A stretch of DNA of 41,696 nucleotides from Thermoplasmata archaeon (GCA_030037695.1 JASHQF010000040.1:1-41696), one strand, 5' to 3'. Counted from the first letter of the stretch, positions 9,102 through 17,364 are shown. Program-made: numbers and translations. The notes: generated by a model not told the origin, from the letters alone.

Positions 9102-9869
9102 GTGGGCGAGATCCTCCTCGGCACCAGCGGCTGGGACTATCCGGAGTGGGTCGGCCGCGTCTATCCGCCCCGGGGGGCGGCCGACCGGCTGCGGTACTAC
9201 GCCGGGATGTTCCCGATCGTCGAGGTGAACTCCACGTTCTATCGGCTGCCGGCGCCGACGGTCGTCGCCTCCTGGGTCCGCCGGACGCCGAGCCGGTTCC
9301 GCTTCGCGGCGAAGTTCCCCCAGTCGATCACCCACGATCTCCGCCTGGTCGGCACCGAGGCGGAGCTCGCCCGCTTCCTGGCCGTGCTGCGGCCGCTCCG
9401 GGACGCCGGACGGTTCGCGGCGGCGCTGCTCCAGCTGCCGCCGAGCCTCCCGTTCGAGGCCGAGACGGTCCGGCGCTTCTACGCCTCCCTCCCCCCCGAC
9501 CTCCCGGTCGCGGTCGAGTTCCGCGAGCGCTCCTGGCTCGTGCCGACCTCGTACGCCCTCCTGCGGGAGTTCGGGCTCGCGCACGCGATCGTCGACGGCC
9601 CCCACCTGCCCGTCGTCCCGGAGGTGACCGCCCCGTTCGCCTACCTCCGCTGGCACGGCCACGGCTCGCCGCTGTGGTACGACTACACCTACTCGCCCGA
9701 GGAGCTCGCGGCGTGGGTCCCGCGGGTCCGGGAGCTCGCCGGGCGCGTCGGCACGGTCTACGGGTTCTTCAACAACCATTTCCGGGGGGACGCGGCGGTG
9801 AACTGCCGCACCCTCGCCGAGGAGCTCGGCGTCCGATCGACGATCCCCCGCTCCCCGCTCGACCCGTAG
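9102..9869 (+). CDS. DUF72 (UPF0759/YecE-like) family protein
   Basis: LLGTSGWDYPEWVGRVYP...YYAGMFPIVEVNSTFYRLP...WVRRTPSRFRFAAKFPQSITH...FNNHFRG is the characteristic DUF72 pattern. GTG start at 9102, in frame with track ORF 8934. Confidence 0.85.
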   Translation: MGEILLGTSGWDYPEWVGRVYPPRGAADRLRYYAGMFPIVEVNSTFYRLPAPTVVASWVRRTPSRFRFAAKFPQSITHDLRLVGTEAELARFLAVLRPLRDAGRFAAALLQLPPSLPFEAETVRRFYASLPPDLPVAVEFRERSWLVPTSYALLREFGLAHAIVDGPHLPVVPEVTAPFAYLRWHGHGSPLWYDYTYSPEELAAWVPRVRELAGRVGTVYGFFNNHFRGDAAVNCRTLAEELGVRSTIPRSPLDP

Positions 9870-9957
9870 CGTCCGGGCGCGGCACGACGGGCGGCCGCTC
9901 TGAGCGCCCGGCCGGAACGCCCTGTCCCGGCGTGTTTCAACCGCCCCCGCGCCGCCG

Positions 9958-9968
9958 CTTTTGCGTTT
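9958..9968 (+). promoter_or_regulatory. T-rich TATA-like element (CTTTTGCGTTT)
   Basis: Lies 27 nt upstream of ATG 9996, the first gene of the RadB-like/PolB operon. Confidence 0.3.
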
Positions 9969-9995
9969 CCCGGGGCGTTGCGCCCCGCACCGTCG

Positions 9996-10859
9996 ATGGT
10001 CGAGCCGTTCCTGGCCGAGCCGGAGCTTCCCCCGGAGGAGGTCCTCCTCCCGCCCGAGGAGGTCGCCGCGGCGTCGCCGCCCCCTTTCCTCGCCCGGTCG
10101 CGGCTCTTCCCCCGGCCCCGTCCGGGACCCGCCGTCGCCCCCGTCCTCCCGGCCGCCCCGGCGCTGTTCCCCTGGCTCGCCCGGAGCCTCACCCCCGGCG
10201 AGGTGACGCTCTGGTGCGGCCCCCGCCTCGCGGTCGATCCGATCCTCGAGACGCTCTACGCCGGGAGCGCCCTCGCCCGGGGCCGGGTCTCCCTCCTCGA
10301 GGGCGGGAACCGGTTCCATCCGTACCGGATCGGCGAGCGCGGACGGGCGCTCGGGGTCGCCGCCGGCGAGACGCTCCGGAGGGTCCGGCTCGCCCGCGGG
10401 TTCACCTCCCACCAGGTCGTGGCGCTCGTCGAGGGGTGGGCCCGCGAGGTCCGTCGTCACCGCCCGACCCTGCTCGTCGGCCACGACCTCCCGGCCCTGT
10501 TCTGGGACGGGGAGACCCCGGACGACGAGCGGGACGCCCTGCTCCGGCGGAGCGCCCGCGCCCTCGCCGCCCTCCTGCGGGAGCTCCCGCTCCCGCTCGT
10601 CCTCACGCTCGGACCGGAGGGGACGGCGAGCTTTCCCGGGCTCGCCGACGAGGGGCCCCGCTGGTCGGACTACGTCGCGTTCGTCCGCGGGCCGACGACG
10701 CTCCGCCTCCGCGCGCTGCGGCGCGACGCCCGCCTCACGCTCGTCGCCCGTGCGCCGGGCCAGCTCGGGATGGAGGCGTTCGACGGCGGGTCCGCCGGGG
10801 AGGTGATCGCGTGGGACGCACCGCCCCGACGTACCGTCAGGCGCTCGAGGAGCGGATGA
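9996..10859 (+). CDS. RadB-like RecA-superfamily protein with degenerate Walker A/B (predicted non-ATPase)
   Basis: Colinear with archaeal RadB. TPGEVTLWCGPRLAVDPILETL sits where RadB has ...G.VTQVYGPxxSGKTTL. RVSLLEGGNRFHPYRI corresponds to VAYVDTEGGFSPERL, and PTLLVGHDLPALFW to ALVVVDSITAHYR. The N-terminal 65 aa are Pro/Glu-rich with a tandem PPEEV. The stop overlaps the next start (ATGA). Confidence 0.55.
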   Translation: MVEPFLAEPELPPEEVLLPPEEVAAASPPPFLARSRLFPRPRPGPAVAPVLPAAPALFPWLARSLTPGEVTLWCGPRLAVDPILETLYAGSALARGRVSLLEGGNRFHPYRIGERGRALGVAAGETLRRVRLARGFTSHQVVALVEGWAREVRRHRPTLLVGHDLPALFWDGETPDDERDALLRRSARALAALLRELPLPLVLTLGPEGTASFPGLADEGPRWSDYVAFVRGPTTLRLRALRRDARLTLVARAPGQLGMEAFDGGSAGEVIAWDAPPRRTVRRSRSG

Positions 10860-11065
10860 AACGCTGGGACGCGTTCGCCCGCCTGCTCCCGACGCCCGAG
10901 GAGCGGGCCGCGTTCGAGCTCCTGCGCACCGGGGCGCGGCGCTACGTCGCCCAGGCGACGTACGTCGGGAGCCCGGACCTCCTCGAGTCGATCGTCCTCT
11001 CCGTCCTCACCGATCTCGCGGTCCGGCTCCGCGCGGACGGGAACGCCCGGCCGACCTCCCGGTGA
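10856..11065 (+). CDS. small (69 aa) helical protein of unknown function
   Basis: MKRWDAFARLLPTPEERAAFELLRTGARRYVAQATYVGSPDLLESIVLSVLTDLAVRL... The ATG overlaps the upstream TGA, and its own TGA overlaps the polB GTG (GTGA). An alternative GTG at 10811 would add 15 aa. Confidence 0.45.
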   Translation: MKRWDAFARLLPTPEERAAFELLRTGARRYVAQATYVGSPDLLESIVLSVLTDLAVRLRADGNARPTSR

Positions 11066-13386
11066 GCCCCGCGGCGGACGGCCTCGCGCCCGACGGCTGG
11101 CTCCTCGAGATCACGGAGAGCGGCGACGGCCGTTCGGTCGTTCTCTGGACGAAGGAGCGTCGCTCGGGCCGGGTCCACCGCGCCGCGGTCCCGTACCGGC
11201 CCCCGTTCCTGGTCGCCGGGGCGCGGGCCGATCTCGCCGACCTCGCGCGTCGCCTCACCGGGCGGGCCGACGTCGCGTCGACCGAGCCGGTCGTGCGGCG
11301 GCCGTCGCCGTTCGATCGTCGGGCGCGCACGATGCTCGCCGTCACCCCCGCGCACCACCGGCTCCGTCGCCGCCTCGCCGGGACGATCGACGCGCTCGGC
11401 GGGTACGAACGGTTCGCGCTCTTCGACGTCGACCTCGCGGTCCCCCAGCTGTACCATCTCCACCACGGCCTCTACCCGTTCGCGCCGGTCGTCGCCCGCG
11501 ACGGCGGGCTCGTCGCGACGGAACCGGTCGCCACGATCGACTACGCCCCGCCCCCCCTCGTCGTCGCCCGCCTCGAGGTCCGTCTCACCGGGATGCGCCC
11601 GGGCGGGCTTCCCCCGCCGGACGGCCGGATCGGGTCGGTGCGGCTCGGCGGGGTGACGCTCGAGGGCCCCGAGGACGACCTCCTCCGCGCGCTCGCGGGG
11701 GAGCTCGCGCGGAGCGACCCGGACCTCCTGCTCACGGACGGCGGGGACGCGTTCGACCTCCCCTGGCTCTACCGGAGGGCGAGGGCGGTCGGCCTCGCTC
11801 CCGAGGAGTTCGTCCTGGGCCGGGAGCCGGCCCCGTTCGGCCCGAGCCGGCCGGCCCGCTCGTTCGCGTCGTACGGCCGGGTCCTCCACCGGGACGCGAC
11901 GTTCCCGCTGCCCGGCCGGTTCCACGTCGACCGGGAGAACTCGTTCCTCTTCGACGACGCGGCGGTCGCGGGGCTCGTCGACGCGGCCCGCCTCGCGCGC
12001 CTGTCCCTGCAGACGGTCGTCCGGCAGTCCCCGGGGACGTGCTTCACCGCGATGGAGATGGCCGAGGCGCTCGCGAGCGGCGTCCACGTGCCGTGGAAGA
12101 AGAACCGCCCCGAGACGTTCCGACGGGGGGACCACCTCGTGCGCTCCGACCGCGGCGGGGTGATCTTCCTCCCCCCGGTCGGCGTCCACGACCGGATCGA
12201 CGAGTTCGACTTCGCCAACCTCTACCCGCACCTCATGGTGCGGCGGAACCTCTCCGCCGAGACCCTGGACTGCCGGTGCTGCCCCGCGAGCCCGCTCCGG
12301 GCCCCCGGCCTCGGCTACCGGTCCTGCGAGCGGACGGTCGGCCTGATCCCGCGGACCCTCGGCCCCCTCCTCGCGCGCCGGCTCGCCTACAAGGCCCGGC
12401 TCCGCCGGCCCGGGCTCGCCCCCGACGTCCGCGCGAGCCTCGAGCACCGCGTCCGGATGCTGAAGTGGATCCTCGTCACCGCGTTCGGCTACCAGGGGTA
12501 CCGGAACGCCCGGTTCGGCCGGATCGAGTGCCACGAGGCGATCAACGCCTACGCCCGCGAGCTGCTCGCGACGCTCGTCGCCGAGGCAGAGCGCGCGGGG
12601 TACCGGACCGTCCACGGGATCGTCGACTCGCTCTGGCTCCGCCCGAGCCCGCCGGACGGGACGGTCGACCCCGAGGGGTTCGCCCGGGCGATGAGCGAGC
12701 GTCTGGACGTCCCGCTCGGCTACGAGGGTCGGTACCGCTGGATCGTCTTTTTGCCGGCCGTGACGCACGGCCTCGGGGTGCCGAACCGGTACTACGGGCT
12801 GTACGCGTCGGGGGCGTTCAAGCTCCGGGGGATCGGGGGCCGCCGCCACGACACCCCCGGGGTCCTCCGCCGCCTGGAGGCGGAGGTCCTCGAGCTGTTC
12901 CGCCGGGCGGACGGCGCCGCGGGGGTCCGCGCCCTCCTCCCCCGGGCGCTCGCGCGGACGGACCTCGTCGCCGCCCGGCTCCGGGAGGGGGGATGGCCGC
13001 TCGAGGAGCTCGTGATCGCCCACCGGATCGGCCAGCCCCCCGGGGCGTTCGTCACGTTCACCGACTCGCTCGCGGCCGTCCGCCAGCTCGCCGAGGCCGG
13101 CGTGGCGCGAGGGGCGGGAGAGACGGTCCGCTACGTCCTCCTCGACCGCGCGAGCCGCTCGTTCCGCCACCGGGTGCGGCCGGCGGAGCTGCTCCGAGGG
13201 GACGAGCGGTACGATCCCGGAGCGTACCTCGAGCTCCTCGCCCGGGAGGCGGAGACGCTCCTCGCCCCGTTCGGGGTCGAGCGGGCCGCCCTCCTCGCGC
13301 GGTGGGGCGCCCCGGCGCGGGCGGAGCGGGACCCCTACCGCTCGCCGGAGCGGACCGAGCAGCGCCCGCTCCCGGCCAACTTTTAG
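11062..13386 (+). CDS. polB: Family B DNA polymerase, accessory PolB2-like type with degenerate exonuclease/polymerase motifs
   Basis: Colinear with archaeal PolB. LFDVDLAVPQLYHLHHGLYPF corresponds to YDIPFAKRYLIDKGLIP. DRGGVIFLPP is the Y-GG region. Motif A is DFANLYPHLMVRRNLSAETL, followed by GLIPRTLGPLLARR. Motif B is KWILVTAFGYQGY and motif C is HGIVDSLW. Confidence 0.85.
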   Translation: MSPAADGLAPDGWLLEITESGDGRSVVLWTKERRSGRVHRAAVPYRPPFLVAGARADLADLARRLTGRADVASTEPVVRRPSPFDRRARTMLAVTPAHHRLRRRLAGTIDALGGYERFALFDVDLAVPQLYHLHHGLYPFAPVVARDGGLVATEPVATIDYAPPPLVVARLEVRLTGMRPGGLPPPDGRIGSVRLGGVTLEGPEDDLLRALAGELARSDPDLLLTDGGDAFDLPWLYRRARAVGLAPEEFVLGREPAPFGPSRPARSFASYGRVLHRDATFPLPGRFHVDRENSFLFDDAAVAGLVDAARLARLSLQTVVRQSPGTCFTAMEMAEALASGVHVPWKKNRPETFRRGDHLVRSDRGGVIFLPPVGVHDRIDEFDFANLYPHLMVRRNLSAETLDCRCCPASPLRAPGLGYRSCERTVGLIPRTLGPLLARRLAYKARLRRPGLAPDVRASLEHRVRMLKWILVTAFGYQGYRNARFGRIECHEAINAYARELLATLVAEAERAGYRTVHGIVDSLWLRPSPPDGTVDPEGFARAMSERLDVPLGYEGRYRWIVFLPAVTHGLGVPNRYYGLYASGAFKLRGIGGRRHDTPGVLRRLEAEVLELFRRADGAAGVRALLPRALARTDLVAARLREGGWPLEELVIAHRIGQPPGAFVTFTDSLAAVRQLAEAGVARGAGETVRYVLLDRASRSFRHRVRPAELLRGDERYDPGAYLELLAREAETLLAPFGVERAALLARWGAPARAERDPYRSPERTEQRPLPANF
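13380..13386 (+). promoter_or_regulatory. TATA-like CTTTTAG containing the polB stop codon
   Basis: Lies 22 nt upstream of the GNAT GTG at 13409. Confidence 0.3.
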
Positions 13387-13408
13387 CGGACCGGCCCGTG
13401 GGCACCGG

Positions 13409-14383
13409 GTGTCGGGGACCGCCGGGCGCCCGGGCGACGCCGTCGGGGCGGTGCGAGAGCTCCGGGCCCGGGACGTCGCGCGCCTGGTCGAGCTCCTCCG
13501 GAGCGCGTCTCCCGAGGAGGAGGAGCTCCTCGGCACGCGCCCGGAGGAGATCGCGGCGATCGCCCGCCGACTGTTCCGCTGGGACGCCCGCCTCCTGCTC
13601 GGGCTGCTGCGCCTGGTGGGAGCCTCGCCGGCGCGGTTCCTCGTCGTCGAGGCCGATCGACGCCTGGTCGGCACCGCGCTCCTCAGTTTCCCGGCCCGGG
13701 CCGGGTTCGTGAGCATGGTGACGGTCGATCCGGCGTACCGCCGACGCGGCTACGCGCGCCGCCTCTTGGCGGCCGCCCGGGCGCTCACGCTCCGTCGCGG
13801 CCGCCCGCACCTCGCCCTCGACGTCCTCGCCACCAACGCCCCCGCCCGGGCTCTCTACACGTCGCTCGGATTCCGCCCCCTCCGCGCCTCGGCCTACTTC
13901 GCCCTCGACCTCGGGGCGGCGCCGCCCTCCCGGCGGAGCGACGGCGCCGTCCGCCCGCTGACGACCCAGGACGCCCCGGCGATCGCCCGGATCGCCGACC
14001 GCGCCCTCCCCTCGGAGGTGCGCGAGGTCCTGCCGATCCGGGCGGGGGATCTGCTCGGGAGCCGTTGGACGGACCGCGCGCTCGCGTCCGAGTCGGCCGG
14101 GTGGGTTTACGACCGAGGGCGCGGACCCGAGGCGGCGGTCGGGGCGACCGTCGGCCGGGCCACCGTCGCGGGCCACCTCTCGACGCCGATCGTCGGGTCG
14201 GAGCTCCCCGCCGAGGCGACGGCCGAGCTCCTCGGCGAGGCGCTCGCCTGGCTCGCCTCGCACGGTGCTCCCCGGGTCCTCTCCCGTGCGGCCGACGACG
14301 ACCGGAACGCCGTGGAGGCGCTGGGAGCGGCTGGGTTTCGGCCGGCGCTGCGCCTCGTCACGCTCGCGCGGCCGGCGGCGTGA
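13409..14383 (+). CDS. GNAT-family N-acetyltransferase (two GNAT-like halves)
   Basis: VSMVTVDPAYRRRGYARRLLAAA...LDVLATNAPARALYTSLGFR is the acetyl-CoA binding motif A (R-x-x-G-x-A). The second half is more divergent. Confidence 0.8.
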   Translation: MSGTAGRPGDAVGAVRELRARDVARLVELLRSASPEEEELLGTRPEEIAAIARRLFRWDARLLLGLLRLVGASPARFLVVEADRRLVGTALLSFPARAGFVSMVTVDPAYRRRGYARRLLAAARALTLRRGRPHLALDVLATNAPARALYTSLGFRPLRASAYFALDLGAAPPSRRSDGAVRPLTTQDAPAIARIADRALPSEVREVLPIRAGDLLGSRWTDRALASESAGWVYDRGRGPEAAVGATVGRATVAGHLSTPIVGSELPAEATAELLGEALAWLASHGAPRVLSRAADDDRNAVEALGAAGFRPALRLVTLARPAA

Positions 14384-14394
14384 GCTTCCCGACG

Positions 14395-15666
14395 ATGCGT
14401 CGGACCGACGTCGACGTCTACCTCTTGCCTACCGTGCTCGGGGGCGGGATCGGCGACGTCGAGCAGGTCCTCGCGGCCGGTCGTCGCCTCGCGCGGGCCG
14501 GCCTTCGGGTGCAGCTCTACCGCAAGGACGGCCGGGCCCTCCCGCCTGGGGTCGCCGGGCCCTGGGGATGGCCTCCGACCGATCGGCTCGACCGTCTCGA
14601 ACCCAGCGATCGGGCGGCGATGACGATCGGCTCGTCGTGGGGCGTGACCTCCGTGCCCGTCTCCCCCGGCACGGCCCGACGGCCGGGGCCGTGGAGCGAG
14701 GAGGTCGCCGCGATCGAGCGGGCCCACGGCCCGGACCGCACCCTGCACGTGAGCCTCGAGGAGTTCGCGAGGACGCTGACCCCGCGCCAGGAGACGATCG
14801 AACGGTATCGCGAGGGAGGGATCCGCTCCCGTGAGCTTCCCCAGCGGCTGGCCGCCGCGCGGGACGCCGGCGAGCTCGGGGCGTTCGAGGCGGCGTACCG
14901 GGATGCCCGAGCGCTCGACCGACCGAACGTCATAGCACTGTATACCACGTTCCGGCGGAGCGCCACGTTCGCGCGGGCGTTCCCCGAGGCGGTCCAGGCC
15001 GGGCCGATCTGGCCCGCGAGCTACGGCGGACGGCGCTCCCTGCGGAGGCACTCGGGGTCGTGGGTGTGGTACGCGAGCCCGGCGAGCGCGGAGCGGATCT
15101 TCCCGTCGGTCGTCGAGGGGTTGTCCCGCGCGGCCGACCGCCCCCGCCTGTTGGTGCGGGCGGGGAGGCCCTGGTCCGCACGGGCGCTCCCTCCCGGGAT
15201 CACCGTGCGGACGCGCCCGCTGGGCCGAGCGGGCTGGCAACGGCGGTTCTCGGACGCCGACGTGCGGATCGTGACGGGGAGCCGCTCGCTGCTCGAGGCG
15301 CTCGAGGTCGGGGGCCCGTTCCTCTACTTCAACGGCGTCCTGGGGCGGGGCGCGGGCCGCCGACGCCACCGTCCCGAGAAGATCGCCTTACTGCTGGCCG
15401 AGGCGCGTCGCCAGGGCTGGGGGGTCTCGCTGCGGCGCGACCTCGCCGACTTCGCCCGGGGTCGGCGGGTGGCCGAGATCGTCCGCCGGGCGGCCGAGCG
15501 TCGTAGGCCGTGGGGCGCGCCGTTCCCGCCCCTGGTCCCGAAGGGGTTCCGGCCGCCGTTCGACGACGCGGGCCGGGTCCTGGTCGACCTGATTCGGGCG
15601 CTCGCGGCCCCCGGGGCACGGGCCGCGGCGGTCGCCTCCGAGCTCCGACGACGGTCGAACCGTTAA
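14395..15666 (+). CDS. hypothetical 423-aa protein, possibly GT-B-fold glycosyltransferase-like
   Basis: The N-terminal GGGIGDVEQVLAAGRRLARAGLRV resembles the GxxGD...L...G.V loop of GT1/GT28 enzymes. The C-terminal VRIVTGSRSLLEALEVGGPFLYF resembles the GT-B donor-binding half. Start is ATG 14395, or GTG 14380 overlapping the GNAT stop. The functional guess is weak. Confidence 0.35.
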   Translation: MRRTDVDVYLLPTVLGGGIGDVEQVLAAGRRLARAGLRVQLYRKDGRALPPGVAGPWGWPPTDRLDRLEPSDRAAMTIGSSWGVTSVPVSPGTARRPGPWSEEVAAIERAHGPDRTLHVSLEEFARTLTPRQETIERYREGGIRSRELPQRLAAARDAGELGAFEAAYRDARALDRPNVIALYTTFRRSATFARAFPEAVQAGPIWPASYGGRRSLRRHSGSWVWYASPASAERIFPSVVEGLSRAADRPRLLVRAGRPWSARALPPGITVRTRPLGRAGWQRRFSDADVRIVTGSRSLLEALEVGGPFLYFNGVLGRGAGRRRHRPEKIALLLAEARRQGWGVSLRRDLADFARGRRVAEIVRRAAERRRPWGAPFPPLVPKGFRPPFDDAGRVLVDLIRALAAPGARAAAVASELRRRSNR

Positions 15667-15668
15667 GC
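15662..15668 (+). promoter_or_regulatory. TATA-like GTTAAGC containing the upstream TAA stop
   Basis: Lies 24 nt upstream of ATG 15693. Confidence 0.35.
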
Positions 15669-15692
15669 GAGCGAGCCGTCTCGAACCCCACC

Positions 15693-16802
15693 ATGGCCGC
15701 GGAACCGGGGGCCACGTCGGCGGTCGCCCGTTCGCTCGTCGGGAACGCCCTGCGCCTGCGACGCGGGGAGCATCTCGTCGTCGCGTCGTGGAACCACACG
15801 CTCCCCTGGGCCGCCGCGGCCGTGGCGGAGGCTCGTCGGATCGGGGCGGCCCCCTCGCTGCTGCTGGAGGACGAGGGAGCGTTCTGGCGGAGCATCGAGC
15901 TCGCGCCCCGGACGCGCCGCTGGGCCGAGCTCCCCCGCACGTCGCACGCCGCCCTGCGCCGGGCCGACGCCGTCCTCTACTTTCCCGGACCGGCGGACCG
16001 TCCCCGCCTGCGACGGTTGCCGACCGACGTCCGCGCCCCGTTCCGGGACGAGGATGATCGGTGGCTCCGGAGGATCCGGACGGCGGGAGCGCGGGGAATC
16101 CGGTGCCTGCTCGGGTACGCCTCCGATGCGCAGGCGGAGGTCTGGGGTGTTCCGGGCCCGCTCTGGAGGAACCAGCTGATCCGGGGGATCGTGCGCGCGG
16201 AGCCGGACCAGGTCGCTCGCGACGCCCTCCGCGTCGCGCGGCAGTTGGGCCGGGGACGCGAGCTCCGGGTGACGAGCGACCAAGGGACCGATCTGCGGCT
16301 GCGGCTCCGGGGGCGCACGCCGTGGATCGACGACGGCCGGGTCGATGCGGACGACCTCCGTCGCGGCCGGGCGGTCGCCACGGCGCCGGCCGGGTCGGTC
16401 GTGGTCGCGGTCGACGAACGATCGGCCAGCGGGGTCGCGATCGCGAGCCGACCGAGCTACCTCGCGGAGGGGCGGACCGAAGGGGCGCAGTGGGAGATCG
16501 AGGGGGGCCGGCTTCGCAACTACTGGTACCCGGAGGGCGGCGAGGCGTTCGACGCGGGGTTCGCGAAGGCGCCTGCCGGGCGGGAGACGGTCGCCCTCGT
16601 CAGCCTCGGGCTCAACCCGGCGCTCTCCGCCGGGGTCCCCCAAGCCGAGGACGAGGAGGAGGGCACGGTGACGATCGCGATCGGCGGCAACACGTTCTAC
16701 GGGGGGCGCAACCGCTGCGCTTTCCTCTCGTGGCTCACGATCGGGCAGGGGTCCGTGGCGGTCGACGGGGCGCCCCTCTACGATCGAGGGAAGCTCGTCT
16801 AG
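15693..16802 (+). CDS. Peptidase M29 (aminopeptidase T/AmpS)-like protein, possibly non-catalytic
   Basis: N-terminal ARSLVGNALRLRRGEHLVVASW...EARRIGAAP and C-terminal EEEGTVTIAIGGN...VAVDGAPLYDRGKL follow the COG2309 pattern. Positions I expect to be His/Asp metal ligands read T, L and L. Confidence 0.55.
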   Translation: MAAEPGATSAVARSLVGNALRLRRGEHLVVASWNHTLPWAAAAVAEARRIGAAPSLLLEDEGAFWRSIELAPRTRRWAELPRTSHAALRRADAVLYFPGPADRPRLRRLPTDVRAPFRDEDDRWLRRIRTAGARGIRCLLGYASDAQAEVWGVPGPLWRNQLIRGIVRAEPDQVARDALRVARQLGRGRELRVTSDQGTDLRLRLRGRTPWIDDGRVDADDLRRGRAVATAPAGSVVVAVDERSASGVAIASRPSYLAEGRTEGAQWEIEGGRLRNYWYPEGGEAFDAGFAKAPAGRETVALVSLGLNPALSAGVPQAEDEEEGTVTIAIGGNTFYGGRNRCAFLSWLTIGQGSVAVDGAPLYDRGKLV

Positions 16803-16806
16803 GGCC

Positions 16807-17364
16807 GTGCTCGAGCGCCGGATCGGCCGCCCGTTCTTCGATCGACCGACGGCGGCCGTCGCCCGGGAGCTCCTCGGCACCCGACTCGAGGTGCACGGGA
16901 CCGGGGCGACCCGGCGCGCCCGGATCGTGGAGACCGAGGCGTACGTCGCGCGGGACCCCGCGAACCATGCCTGGGGCGGTGCGACCCGGAGGAACCTCGC
17001 GATGTTCGGCGCGCCCGGGACCCTCTACGTCTACCGGATCCATCAGGTCGTCTGCGCGAACCTCGTCACGCGACCCGGGCAGGCGGTCCTGCTGCGGGCC
17101 GCCGCACCGCTCCCTCCCCTCGTCGTGGAGCTCTCGGGGCCGGGGCGGCTCTGCCGGGGGCTCGGGATCACGATCGCGGACAACGGCCAGGACGCGGCGG
17201 CCGGCCCCCGGTTCTCGCTCCTCCCCCGGGCCGGGTCCGTGGGACCGATCGTCGTGGGCCCGCGGGTGGGGGTCCGCCAGGCCACGGCTCGCCCGCTCCG
17301 TTTCGCGCTGGCGGGCGAGCCCGCCGTCTCGCGGCCCCGGCCCGGTGGCCGCTCGGGCGGCTAG
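16807..17364 (+). CDS. mpg: DNA-3-methyladenine glycosylase (Mpg/AAG family)
   Basis: FFDRPTAAVARELLGTRL...RIVETEAYVARDPANHAWGG.TRRN..MFG.PGTLYVYRIHQ..CANLV...GPGRLCRGLGI is the diagnostic AAG-family pattern. GTG start. Confidence 0.85.
   Translation: MLERRIGRPFFDRPTAAVARELLGTRLEVHGTGATRRARIVETEAYVARDPANHAWGGATRRNLAMFGAPGTLYVYRIHQVVCANLVTRPGQAVLLRAAAPLPPLVVELSGPGRLCRGLGITIADNGQDAAAGPRFSLLPRAGSVGPIVVGPRVGVRQATARPLRFALAGEPAVSRPRPGGRSGG

Noticed and set aside
9872-9910. 8-bp stem (CCGGGCGC ... GCGCCCGG) after DUF72 as an intrinsic terminator
   Set aside because: It has a long ~23-nt loop and no following T-tract, and archaeal termination does not require hairpins. It is likely a chance complement in GC-rich sequence.
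8718-10484. Upstream two-thirds of the 760-aa minus-strand ORF 8202..10484
   Set aside because: It runs antisense through DUF72 and alternate-frame through the ferredoxin, and is R/G/P/E-rich. Only the last 171 codons (the SRPBCC-like gene) look genuine.
10942-13716. 924-aa minus-strand ORF antisense to polB
   Set aside because: Its composition is low-complexity (R, P, E, G, A) and it has no recognisable domain. The opposite strand encodes a full-length colinear PolB.
14395-15666. EarP-like (EF-P arginine rhamnosyltransferase) identity for the 423-aa protein
   Set aside because: There is a superficial resemblance: an N-terminal G-D-(I/V) loop and a C-terminal V.G..S....A....G.PF segment. 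However, the residues I recall as catalytic in EarP are not conserved, namely the Asp pair in the N-terminal loop and R-x-E-D-S, which here reads T-G-S-R-S. Archaea also lack EF-P-type targets. Only a generic GT-B-like guess is retained.
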